A DNA stretch of 64,000 nucleotides, from NCBI RefSeq assembly GCF_030028105.1, contig NC_092380.1:20857144-20921143 (forward strand). The letters are read 5' to 3'. The DNA comes from Mobula birostris. Lineage: Eukaryota. Shown here in pieces: positions 21,586-33,757 of the stretch. The position numbers and the translations under genes are program-made. The notes under the pieces are model-generated. The model made no database searches, had not been told where the DNA came from, and was given only the letters and a program-made list of their open reading frames with translations. Each line of letters opens with the position of its first letter. Position 1 is the stretch's first letter.

Positions 21586-24500
21586 CTTCCGGCTGGCAGC
21601 CACATGGAGTAGTCGCAGAGAATGGGCGCTCCGTCCTACTTCTTATCTTCACACTCCTTCTTCCCCCTTTTCTCGTACCAAACTGCTGGGACTTTTTGCT
21701 CTTCCCCTGCCTGCAGCTATGCTCGCTTCACAATGACCTCAAAGAGTACTAAACCAGGGAAAAAAGACGATTCAACAGCTGGCTTGACAGTAGAGGCTAT
21801 CTCCATGCTACCAGACCAACACTGTGAGGTGTTAGCAGCTGAATTTAAATCTTCTTTCAGCCTGCTGGAAACAAAACTCGACCAAATCCAATGCAAAGTG
21901 GAGGACCATGGCCAGCGCCTACCCTCTCTGGAGCTCACTACAGACGACCTGAGCCAGCGCGTCAGTGAGCTGGAAAACATTTGCTCCAGTTTATGTGAAA
22001 ACAATATGAAGCTAATGGATAAAGTTACTGACCTGGAGGGCCAGAACAGACAGCAAAACCTACACACCCTGGGTCTGCCGGAATCTATTGAAGACGGGTA
22101 TCCTACTGAATATTTTTTTCCAGTCTGCTTTTCAGGAAGGAGACACTCCCATCCCCGCCGGAGATTAACAGAGCCCACTGTTCACTAGCAGCTAAACCAG
22201 CCGCAGGACAGAGACCTCGCCCAGTCATTCTTCCCCTGCACTGCTACCAGATTAAAGATCTCCTGGTTAGAGAGACCTGGCAGAGAGAGAAGCTAGAATG
22301 CCATGGCCAGCGGATTTGGGTTGTGGAGGACTACTCTCCTGAAGTTTTGAGCCTGTGAGCCGAGTACAGAGAAGTAATGATGGAGCTACACAATCGAGGA
22401 CTTAGGCCTTCCCTACTATACCCTACACATCTCCGTATCACACTTCCCAGCGGTGACAAGAAGTGGCTACGCTCGGTAGATGAAGCACGGAAATGTATCG
22501 CCAGCCTCCCCACTACACCGAATTTTTCATAAAATACTTTTCTCCCATACCCTCCCAGATAACATTAGCAGTGCTTGGATAGTGAGGTCTGGTCGGTCTT
22601 GGCCAGGTTAGGTACTGACTACCACGATAGGTTGAACAATATTCACTCAGACTGCTCTCTTGAGAAAGTATTTCCTTTTACCTTCAATTCAGTGAACTCT
22701 ACAACCTTTCATGGAAAGAGCACTGGGTAAAGTCTGTTTATTTTTTATTTTCTTCAAGTATCAGTTTATATTTCTGTTTTCTGGTTCATTGTTCAGAGCC
22801 ATGTTTAATAAACTTTGGGGGAATTGTTTTGTCTCTCACTAAGCACAAAGTCAGTTTAGGAGTGTTGAGGATTTTTCTCCAGATGGTGCTCAAGCAGTGA
22901 GGTCTCTTCTCGGCTTCGCTCCATTACCTTTTCATTTTATATCTATGATCACCTTTATTTAATTTACTTTTAAGTTTGGATTTTGAACTTTGAAGAGATG
23001 AGTAAAGAAACAGCTACAAGACCTAAAGTTCGAGACATTAAACCTGCAAAAGATGCCGATGGCGACGGAAAAAAGAAACCCAATCCTAAACATCCTGAGA
23101 TAACTCATGAATTGTTGATGAATTTGTTTTGTGATCAAGCTGAGGAAATACGCCGAGGCTTTAAAGAAGAAATTACGATAATTATGCAAGCTTATGGTGT
23201 GCCTGACCATCAAGTTTAACAGCAACAAAATACCATCACCAAACTGAAGGAAGATGCACGAAAGAAAGATGAAAAAAATCGAGAGTTTGGAACAAAAAGT
23301 TTCTTCGACAGAGAAACAGCTGGAGAGCCTTAAATTTAAGATTACTGATCTGGAAGACCGATCCAGGAGAAAGAACTTATGTTTAATTGGTCTCCCCGAG
23401 GGAGTTGAGACAGGAGACCCTTCAATATTCTTCTCTGAACTTTTAAAGACTGCATTTAGCTCTGAATTCCCGGATGATCCTACATTGCTCAATCGCGCAC
23501 ATCGTATTTTTTGGAATAAATCAGATTCCCAATCTAAACCGAGACCAGTAATCATCCGAGTTCATTATGTTCATGTTAAAGAGCAACTCATACGAGTAGC
23601 CCGACGGCAGGGAATGATTATATGAAGATTTCGATTGTATGAGGATTTCAGCACTGAATTAATGAGAGCACAATTGGCTTTCAAACCTCTGATGATGGAA
23701 TGCTACCAAGAAGATCTTAAACCAGCGATACTGTATCCTGCCCGCTTAACCCAACAGCCAGCAACTTTTTTTCCAACTCTACAAGTGCAGCTCGAAGCTT
23801 TCTGGAAGAACTTGAATCAGCCACCACGGTTTAATTAATAGATGATCCTTGCGATATTGGCTTTGGCCTTTCGTTTTTTTTTCAAATTCTATTAGTCATA
23901 TGATTCATTTTTGAAGATTGACTTTTATAAGTATAAGACTTCTAGTTTTGATCGGTAGTGTTCGTATTCTTTATACTTAATTTTACTGTTGTTATCGGTT
24001 ATTTTCTATATATTTTTTAATATTGTATGTGGGGGAATATCATGTTTTTTCTCCCTGTGGCATAACCACGATGGCGTTTTGTCTTCTTCTTTCCATTATA
24101 CCTTTGTTTTTTTTACCGCGCCATCCTTTTGGGTTCTTCTCCCCATAATACTTTTCTTGCCGGATACGCCTTTTCTTTTTCATTTAACTGTTCTCCCTTA
24201 CAAATATTTTACATTGAATATATATTGGTATCTCTTCTTTTCTCTTTATTTTATTAGCATATTAGTGATTATAATACTAAGGTATTTTATTTTACTGTAT
24301 TTGTTAAGTTTATTTTTTTTCCGCTGTTATGGTGTAGTTCTTTTTAGATGGTCTTTTTACCAGCATATATTTGGGAGCCGCCTTCTGGAGAAATGGGGGT
24401 AGATTTAGTCTTAGCTAGCTTTCTGGCCTTTCTTGGCTAAGTTTTAGGGTTCTTGGGTGGTTGGTGAGGGGGGGGCTTTTTCTTTTTTCATTGGGCCAAT

Positions 24501-27500
24501 TCTGAACTACAACAATGTCTGTATTGTCGCAACTTCCGTCTCCTTTCCAAATGCTAGTTCCTCTTCCGGTTACATGGGTCTATACTCTGGTTAACCCTTT
24601 ATATACCACAAGATTGATTTAAGGTTAACATGGCTCAGAAGATTAATTTTGTTTCTTGGAATACAAATGGACTAAACCATCCGATTAAAAGGGAAAAGAT
24701 TTTTAAAGTATTCCACAGAATGAATGTCCATATTATTTTTGCCCAAGAAACTCATGTGAGGAAAGAGGATAATCAGCGTTTTTTTCAGTTTTGGAAGGAA
24801 TAACAGCATCACTCAAAATCCAAAGCTAAAGTGAGAGGAGTTTCAATTTTCATAGATTCTTCAATTGCATTTGTACATCACAATACCTTCTCTGACCCGA
24901 ATGGTAGATTCTTGTTAATTACTGGTCTACTTTTTAATAAGAAAGTTGTTATGGTTAATGTTTATGCCCCCAATGTGGACTACCCTGAATTTTTAAACAA
25001 TTATTTACCTCTTTTCCTAATTTAAGAGATTACATGTTGATAATGGGGGATGACTTTAATTGCTGCTTAAATCCTTCCATGGATAAATCTGTACCAACTC
25101 AGGCACTACCGAATAAGTCGGCCACTCTTATCAATTCATTTTTGATCGATTCTGGAATCTCCGAGGTTTGGAGATTTCTATATCCCAAGGATAAAGAATT
25201 TTCTTTCTTTTCACACATACATCATACTTATTCTAGGATTGACTTTTTTTTAATAGACTTTCGTTTAATTCCATCTGTAATTGAGTGTAACTATGATATC
25301 ATTGCCATATCTGATCATGCACCATTGAATCTCTCTACTAAGTTATGGGATATACCTTCTAATATTAGACAATGGCGTTTTAATTCCAATTTACTTCAAG
25401 ACTCAGATTTTGTAAAATTTATCAAGGATCAGATTGACTTCTTTTTTTTAACCAATACTACGGATGAAATTCCCACTGGGGTTATATGGGACACTTTTAA
25501 AGCTTATATCCGTGGTCAGATTATTTCCTACTCGGCTGGATTGAAAAAATGCACTAAGAATGAAATACTGGTGTTGATTGACAAGATTAAAGCCATCAAT
25601 AATCAATATGCCATTGTTCCTAATGAGGAGCTCTACAAACAGAATGTTGAACTTCGAATGGAGCATAGTTTACTCTTAACATCAGCAATAGAAAATCAAT
25701 TAATGAAAACAAGAAGTGAGTTTATATATGTAGTGATAAATCTGGTAAATTATTAGCCAATCAATTAAAAACAGCTTCGGTTAAAAGTCAAATTATTAAG
25801 ATTCGTAAACCTAATGATATTTCAACAGTGGATCATGATGAGATTAATAAACCTTTTCAAGAATTTTATACATCTTTACATCAGTCAGAATTCCCTCATG
25901 ATCCTAGGGAAATACAAGATTTTTTAAGGAATTTGAACTTTCTGAAATTAACACCCAAGGAACGTTTAAAGTTAGAAACACCTATTACGGATGAAGAAAT
26001 AATGGGTGCTATTTCTTCAATGAATTCTGGTAAATCACCCGGCCCAGATGGCTATACAGCAGAATTTTAAAAGTTTTTTTCTTCTATTCTTTCTCCCCAG
26101 TTGTGCAGAGTTTTTAGAGATGCAATTATTATAGGTAAACTACCACAATCATTTTATGGAGCTTCCATTTCCTTAATTTAAAAAAATAAGGATCCTACTG
26201 AATGTGCATCATATAGACCGATATCCTTATTGAATGTCGATTCAAAAATTGTTTTCTAAAATATTAGCATCTAGGTTAGAAAAGGTATTACCTCAAACTA
26301 TTTCCGCGGATCAAAATGGATTTATTAAAAATTGCTATTCATCTTTTAATATTAGATTAATAAATATTATTTATACTCCTTCACTGAGAACTCCAGAGTG
26401 TGTTATTTCATTAGATGCTGAGAAAGCTTTTGACAGAGTTGAATGGCCACATTTATTTACTACGCTTGAGAAGTTTAACTTTAGCCTGATATTTATATCC
26501 TGGATTAAATTGATGTATCATACTCCCTTAGCTTCGGTTTTGACTAATAATCAGAGATCTCCCTTTTTTTGATTATTTCGTGGCACTAGACAGGGTTGTC
26601 CTTTTAGTCCCTTATTATTTGATATTGCTTTAGAACCTTTAGCAATTGCTATTCGAAATTCACCAAATATTTTTGGTATTACTCGTGGGAAAGAGATACA
26701 TAAGTTATCATTATATGCAGATGGTTTACTATTATATATTTCTGACTCAGAAAAATCCATTCCTGCAACTTTATCCTTGTTGGACAAGTTTAGTAAATTC
26801 TCTGGTTACAAACTGAATATTAATAAGAATGAACTTTTTCCATTAAATATGATGGTTCCAAACTATGTTTACCATTTAGATTAGTTACTGATCAATTTAC
26901 TTATTTAGGAGTTAAAATTACTAAGAAGCACAAAGATTTATTTAAGGTTAATTTTTTACCCTTACTTGATCGGATTAAAGGTTTGATTGCTAAATGGTCA
27001 CCAATGTTTTTGTCATTAATTGGTCAGATCAACGCTGTTAAGATGATTATTTTACCTAAGTTTCTATATTTATTTCAAGCATTGCCAATTTTTATTCCGA
27101 AATCCTTTTTTGATAATGTTGATTCAAAAATTTCCTCATACATATGGCAGAATAAAAATCCTAGACTAGGTAAAAGACACTTACAGAAGCCCAAAAAGGA
27201 GGGTGGATTAGCATCGCCAAACTTTAGATTCTACTATTAGGCGATTAATATTCGTTATTTAGAATTTTGGACATGGAATTGGGACACAGTTCCAAGTCCA
27301 CAATGGGTTAATCTTGAATGTAATTCTGTTTCAGGATTTTCATTGGGTTCTATTTTAGGGACCCCACTTCCTTTCGACTTTATTAAATTGGACAAATGAA
27401 TGGGTAACTCAATAGTTAAATATACTCTTCGAATATGGCGTCAGTTTCAAAAATTTTTTGGACTGAATCAATTAACTAACTAGCCCTATTATATCCAACT

Positions 27501-27562
27501 TTCTTTTTCAACCCTCTTTTTTGGATCAAGCATATCTGGTTTGGAAAACAAAGGGTATAATA

Positions 27563-28607
27563 ACACTCACAACGCGCTGGAGGAACTCAGCAGGTCGGGC
27601 AGCATCCGTGGAAAAGATCGGTTGACGTTTCGGGCCGGAACCCTTCATCAGGACTGTAGGGGGAAGGGGCAGAGGCCCTGTGAAGAAGGTGGGAAGGAGA
27701 AGGCTGGTAGGTTCCAGGTGAAAAGCCAGTAAGGGGAAAGATAAAGGGGTGGGGGAGGGGAAGCAGGGAGGTGATAGGCAGGAAAGGCGAAGAAGGAATA
27801 GGGGACAACGTAATGGGTAGTAGAAGGAGGCGGAACCAAGAGGGGGGTGGTAGGCAGCTGGGGGAGGGGGCAGAGTGACATAGGGACAGGAAAGGGAGGG
27901 GGAGGGAATTACCAGAAGTTGGAGAATTCTATGTTCATACCAAGGGGCTAAAGACTACCTAGACAGTATATGAGGTGTTGCTCCTCTGACCTGAGTTTAG
28001 CCTCATCATGGCAGTAGAGGAGGACATGTATGGACATATCTGAATGGGAATGGGAAGCAGAGTTGAAGTGGGCGGCTACTGGGAGATTCTGTCTGTTTTG
28101 GTGGACGGAGCGGAGGTGCTCGACGAAGCAGTCCCCCAATCTGCGTCGGGTTTCACCGATGTAGAGGAGGCCACACTGGGAGCACCGGATGCAATAGATG
28201 ACCCCAACAGACTCACAAGTGAAGTGTTGCCTCACTTGGAAGTACTGTTTGGGGCCCTGAATGGTGGCAAGAGAGGTGGTGTAGGGACAGGTGTAGCACT
28301 TGCGCTTACAGGGATAAGTGCCAGGTGGGAGATCCGTGGGGAGGGACCGATCCCTGCGGAAGGCGGAGAGGGAAAGATGTGCTTAGTGGTGGGGTCCTGT
28401 TGAAGGTGGCGAAAGTTGTGGAGGATAATGTGTTGGATCCGGAGGCTAGTGGGGTGGTAGGTGAGGACAAGGGGAACTCTGTCCCTGTTGTGGTGGCGGG
28501 AATGTCCACCTATCTTTTCCACGGATGCTACCCGACCTGCTGAGTTCCTCCAGCACGTTGTGAGTGCTGCTTTGACCCCAACATCTGCAGATTATTTTGT
28601 GTTTATG
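27563..28607 (-). mobile_element. Penelope-like element fragment (GIY-YIG endonuclease) with inverted terminal repeat, inserted in L1 B
   Basis: ORF 27948-28235: FTCESVGVIYCIRCSQCGLLYIGETRRRL..F.EH. 13-bp TSD AAAGGGTATAATA (27550-27562 / 28608-28620). About 55-bp inverted repeat, 27564-27618 vs 28512-28566. Confidence 0.88.
27619..27656 (-). ncRNA. Minimal type I hammerhead ribozyme motif (Penelope-type), stem I degenerate
   Basis: Minus strand reads CAGTC-CTGATGA-AGGGTTCCGGCCC-GAAAC-GTC-AACCG: CUGAnGA core, stem II, GAAA, palindromic ACGU stem III, GUC cleavage triplet. Confidence 0.7.
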
Positions 28608-30113
28608 AAAGGGTATAATATGTTTTTCTGATTTATTTTCAGATAATTGTTTTATGTCTTTTGAACAATTATCTAATAAATATAACTTACCTAGATCACT
28701 TTTTTTTAGATATTTATAGATTAGAAACTTTTTAAATACTGTTCTTACTACCTTTCCGATTTCATATTCTACTGATACATTGGAGAAATTTTTGGATTTA
28801 AACCTTTTTTGGAAAGGTTCAACAGCAATTATTTATAATATGATAAGGAAAATAACTCCAGATGTTTCCAGTACAATTAAGAATGACTGGGAAAGGGATC
28901 TTAAACTTACCTACTGAGAAATGGCAAAAAAATTTTCCAATTAGTTAACTCTTCCTCTATTTGTGCTAAACATGTGTTGATACAGTTTAAAGTTGTACAT
29001 AGGGCTCATATGTCTAAGGATAAACTAACTCATTATTAGTCTAATACAAACCCTGTATGTGATAGATGTCATTCTGAGATAGCCTCATTAACTCCTATGT
29101 TTTGGTCTTGCCCTTTATTGAAGAAATATTGGGATGATATTTTTGATATTATTTCAACTGTCTTGAATATTGATTTACAACCTCATCCTATTACTGCCAT
29201 CTTTGGTTTACCAATGATAGAAAAACATCATTTGACCTCTTCAGCTTGTCGGATGATTGCTTTTGTTACTCTAATGGCTAGAAGATCTATACTATTGAAT
29301 TGGAAAGAGATTAATCCTCCTACTACATTTCATTGGTTTTGTCAAACTATATCTTGTTTAAATCTAGAAAAAATTAGAAGTGTCATTTTTGACCCATCTA
29401 TTAAATTTGATGAGACTTGGAGACCATTTATTCAATACTTCCACATGATGTAATTTGACCCTTGCCAAATCTATTTTGTGATTTCAATATACGGGGAGAG
29501 GAGCGGAAGTTGCGACACTATTGGTTCTATCTGAAGTATCATAATAGCCCTTTCTTTTCTTTTTATTTTCCTTAGTTTTCTTTTAGTTTGGGTAGATTGG
29601 TTTTTTTTAGGGGATTTTTTTTCTTTTTTTTTGTGATATTTTTGTATTTTATGTATACTCTTTATATATTTTATTGTTAATCTGTGTGATTTTGGGATGT
29701 TTACTATGTGCTACCTGACTGTAAACTTTAATAATTATCAATTAACACAATCCCAATTGCTCTGTACTTTTTGTAATATGTTTGATGTTGAAACTAATAA
29801 AAAGATTGAAAAAGAAAAAAGGAGTGTTGAATGCTTACTGTTTCCTTTAAGTATCAATAATGGAGTTGAAGATGACACTACGAATGACAGGAAGTTGTAC
29901 TGTTGGATGATTATTCGTCTTAAGAGCTTGCTGCTTTGCTCTCTGGCGGCTGTCTTGTTGTGGGTTGGGGGAGTGGGGGGAGGGTACTCCAATGCCGGTA
30001 CTGTTTTAAGAACCCTTAGAAGTCCTTGTCATACAGGATTTATTTCTGCCCTGTTTCTCTGTTTTACATTTTTGCCTCGGAGCTGATACCCAAAATCTTG
30101 ACATCGCTTATGC

Positions 30114-30917
30114 CAGTGGTCCCCAACTACTGGCGAGGAAACGATATGATTTGGCAAAATGAAATGATATGAGTCAGCTGCACCTTTCCTCATTCCCTGT
30201 CACGCCCACTGTTGAGCTTGAACACACGCGAGGTCATTACGCACGCGTCATCCATGTCAGTGGTGGAAGAAGATCAACTCCTCAAGCTTGCAAATGACGG
30301 TGGGCTGAAAAGTATGTTTGACATAACATCTCTGCCAGCATTCTGGATCAAAGTCAAGGCTGAATATCCTGAGATAGCCACGAAAGCACTGAAAATGTTG
30401 TTTCCATTTCCAACATCATATCTTTGCAAAGCAGGGTTTTCTGCAATGAAAACTAAATTGCGGAATAGACTGGACATAAGGAACCCCCTTCGAGAATCGC
30501 TGTCTCCCATCACCCCTCGATGGAACCGTCTTGTTGCAGGGAAACAAGCCCAGGACTCCCACTGATTCAGCGATATTGGTGTGTTGCAATGATTTTATAT
30601 GTTCATACGAGGAAAATATGCGCTGTGTGTTTAATATCCAAACATTACTTAAAATGTTGTGATGCTATTGACTTATAAGTGACTTATCATTATATTCATG
30701 CAAAGAAAATATGCGCTGTGTTTAATATCAAATTCGTTAGATAAACCCTTTTAGAAACGAAATTGAGTGTAATAGCCACTTATAGGTGACTTATAGTTGA
30801 CTTATCACCTATATTCCGGTCGTGATTACCACCCCCACCCCGCCCCCGTTGGCTGGTCTGCAAGAATATTGTCAATATTAAACCGGTCCGCGGTGCAAAA
30901 AGGGTTGGGGACCTCTG
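30114..30917 (+). mobile_element. Non-autonomous hAT (Buster/Charlie-like) transposon retaining the transposase C-terminal dimerisation region
   Basis: TIRs CAGTGGTCCCCAAC / GTTGGGGACCTCTG. Perfect 8-bp TSD GCTTATGC (30106-30113 / 30918-30925). FWIKVKAEYPEIA..FPTSYLC.AGFS..KLRNRLD..KQAQDSH. Confidence 0.93.
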
Positions 30918-31640
30918 GCTTATGCCCATCAACCTGTATCTCTTTTAAAGGCGAATGGTTAGTCCGTTAAATTTTGTAAGCTGGAATGTCAAGGGGCTGA
31001 ATCACCCTGTTAAAAGAAGGAAGGAGTTCTCACATCTCTAACAGTTTAATACAGCAATTGCACTTCTACAAGAGACACACATTCGCAGTTCTAACAATTC
31101 CCGTCTTATGTCACGATGGGCAGGGCAGCACTTCTGCTCCACTTTTCAGGCTAAAACTGGGGGGGGGGGGGTCTCAATTCTCATAAATCAAAACATTCCC
31201 TTTGAGCTCCACAATACAATATCAGACACAAACAGCCGTTTTGTCATTATCTCGGGGAAATTATAAAATACATCGATAGTGTTGGCTAACATATATGGTC
31301 CTAAGTCGGATGATGTGGACTTTGTACGTTTTTTTTTCTGCGCTGCCTGGTACGAGTTCATACTCTCTCATACTAGGTGGAGACTTCAACTGTTGGTTAG
31401 ATCCAGTGTTGGATCGGTCATCTCCTATTCCCAGAGTACTAAGCAAATCTGCCTCATTAAGTCAGCCCTTCCTCTCCAACTATGGCATCTCTGATATATG
31501 GCGCTTTCTCCACCCAAATAAGAGAGAATATTCTTTCTTCTCACATATTCATCACACCTTTTCTAGAATTGATTACTTTCTAATTGATAACCAGCTGATT
31601 CCATTGGTCCATTCCTGCGTTTATCAAGAGTATAGAGATA

Positions 31641-33280
31641 CAGGTGTCCCCCGCTTTTCGAAAGTTCGCTTTACGAAACCTCACTGTTACGAAAGACCTA
31701 CATTAGTTGCCTGTTTTCGCTAACAGAAGGTGTTTTCACTGTTACAGAGAAAGGCAGCGTGTGGGAAAAAGCAGTGTGCGAAAAAAATCAGCGCGCGATA
31801 AAAGCAGCGCGCCGCACGCCCCAAGCAACCACTCCTCCCCTGGATTCTGAACAGCATTCTCGCCGGCATTGCTTAAACACGTGCCTGTGAGCAGCCATTT
31901 GCAAGATGAGTTCTAAGGTGTCGGAAAAGCCTAAGAGACCTTGTAAGGGTGTTACACTTAGCGTAAAACTAGACATAATTAAGCGTTTCGATCGTGGTGA
32001 ACGAAGTAAGGACAAAGTGATCTTGGCTTGTGGAAGTTGACGAAGATGATGTTGAAGAGGTTTTGGCATCCCAGGACCAAGAACTGATAGATGAAGAGCT
32101 GATGCAATTGGAAGAGGAAAGGATAATAATCAAAACTGAATTCAGTGGTGAAAGCGGAACTGAATGTGAAGCAACTACATGAGATTTTCGCTGCAATGAT
32201 AAAGTATGACTTTAATTTTGAAAGGGTACGTCAGTTTAGGTCATATTTGCAAGATGGTTTGAGTGCTTACAAAGAACTGTACGATAGAAAAATGCACGAC
32301 GCTCAGCAGTCAAGCAAGCCTTCCACGTAAGCCACAGCAGACGACGAACCTTGACCTTCGACATTGAGGCAGGCAGACATAGGAGAAGATGACCCGCCTG
32401 CCCTAATGGAAATAGACGACAATGAGATGACACCCCAGTGTCCCACCACCCCAACCCCCAGGCTGTGGACAGATACCGATTCATGGAGAATGCAGCGGTA
32501 GCCGGGAGGCACACAGCACATCTTTAAGAAATAAGCCAAAACAAACATGCTAATTAATTAGGTGCCGCCCGGCATGTAAATGTCAGCCCAGATCAGAGGC
32601 GATAGGCGATTGCCAATTTTGACGCCTCTGATCTGAGCCGACAATTATATGCCGGGTGGCACCTAATTAATTAGCATGTTTATTTTGGCTTTTTTCTTAA
32701 AGATGTGCTGTGTGCCTCCTGGCTACCGCTGCACCCCTGCGTGCTTTGCAGAGCGGTATCGGTCGGCAGCCCGGAGGGTGGAGGCTACTGCACCACTCCA
32801 ACCTGCGACGACTCAGCCTAACACACCATCATCAGTGTGCTCGGCACTTTCCCAATTCCGGTAGTGAAACTACACTGTACATACGTTATTTCTACTTAAT
32901 ATCGGCTGTGTATTTCTATGTGTTATTTGGTATGATTTGGCAGCTTCATAGCTTAAAGGTTACTGGACAGAGTGTTCTTGCCGAGAGCGCTTGCGTGAGA
33001 TTTTCGCTACGGAGAACAGTGCAGGCAATGATTGTGGAAAAGCATTTCTACTTTATATTGGCTGTGTATTTATCATATCATTCCTGCTTTTACTATATGT
33101 TACTGTTATTTTAGGTTTTATGTGTTATTTGGCACGATTTGGTAGGTTATTTTTGGGTCGGCGTATGCTCACAAAATTTTCCCATATAAATAAATGGTAA
33201 TTGCTTCTTCGCCTTACGACATTCTGGCTTATGAACCATTTCATAGGAACGCTCTACCTTCGGATGGCAGGGGAAACCTG
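31641..33280 (+). mobile_element. pogo/Tigger-like (Tc1-mariner) internally deleted transposon
   Basis: TA TSD (31639-31640 / 33281-33282). TIRs CAGGTGTCCCCCGC / GCAGGGGAAACCTG. CENP-B-like HTH start MSSKVSEKPKRPCKGVTLSVKLDIIKRFDRGE at 31907. L1 A resumes with SDHAP. Confidence 0.88.
32491..32733. repeat. Long imperfect palindrome (111-bp arms, 21-nt spacer) inside the Tigger-like element
   Basis: tgcagcggtagcc...gatcagaggcg (32491-32601) is the reverse complement of cgcctctgatc...ggctaccgctgca (32623-32733), with scattered mismatches. Confidence 0.92.
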
Positions 33281-33658
33281 TATCAGACCACGCTCCGGTT
33301 GTCCTGTCTATAATTCTTCCTGGTGCCCCTCAAATAAATAAGCATTGGCATTTTAATTCCACCTTACTGTCAGATAATAATTTTGTAAAATATATGGAGG
33401 ACCAGATAATCTTTTTCCTTAATACCAATACGTCCCCTGAAACCTCAAGCCTGGTTGTTTGGGACACTTTGAAAGCATTTTGGGGAGACTTCCGTTGGCG
33501 GTGGATGGAATAACAGCATTTTACAGCCGCTCCTAGTTTACTTTACTTTTCCTACTTTCTAACCTGATCTGACACTATGACTACGAGAACTGCTAAAGGT
33601 AAAAAAAAAAGATTCTTCTACATCTTTGGATTCTATTATTGAATTGATGCAAAACCAC

Positions 33659-33757
33659 AGAAAGGAAGCGTCCGAGGAATTGCAGCGATTCAGAAAAGAA
33701 TCCTCTGAGGAATTTCAGCAATTCAGAAAGGAATCCTCCGAAGAGTTTCAACAACTT
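33659..33757 (+). repeat. Three 33-bp coding repeats (11 aa, RKESSEEFQQF-like) in L1 C ORF1
   Basis: RKEASEELQRF / RKESSEEFQQF / RKESSEEFQQL. Confidence 0.9.

Larger units (their letters stand above)
22869..29819 (+). mobile_element. Full-length L1-clade LINE 'B' (ORF1 22998-23838, ORF2 24630-29453, both disrupted)
   Basis: 11-bp TSD AGGAGTGTTGA (22858-22868 / 29820-29830). Motifs DLEDRSRRKNL, FVSWNTNGL, SLDAEKAFDRVEW, RQGCP, LYADG, CDRC. 3' UTR with aataaa and an A-rich tail. Confidence 0.92.

Noticed and set aside
23989-24402. Hydrophobic 137-aa ORF resembling a membrane protein or env (similar ones at about 45016 and 32991)
   Set aside because: A by-product of T-rich non-coding TE sequence. 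The frame is not conserved between the homologous inter-ORF regions of L1 B and L1 D.
30212-30565. Possible domesticated ZBED/Buster-type host gene
   Set aside because: Only the C-terminal transposase piece is present, inside intact TIRs with a perfect 8-bp TSD, so it is a non-autonomous transposon.
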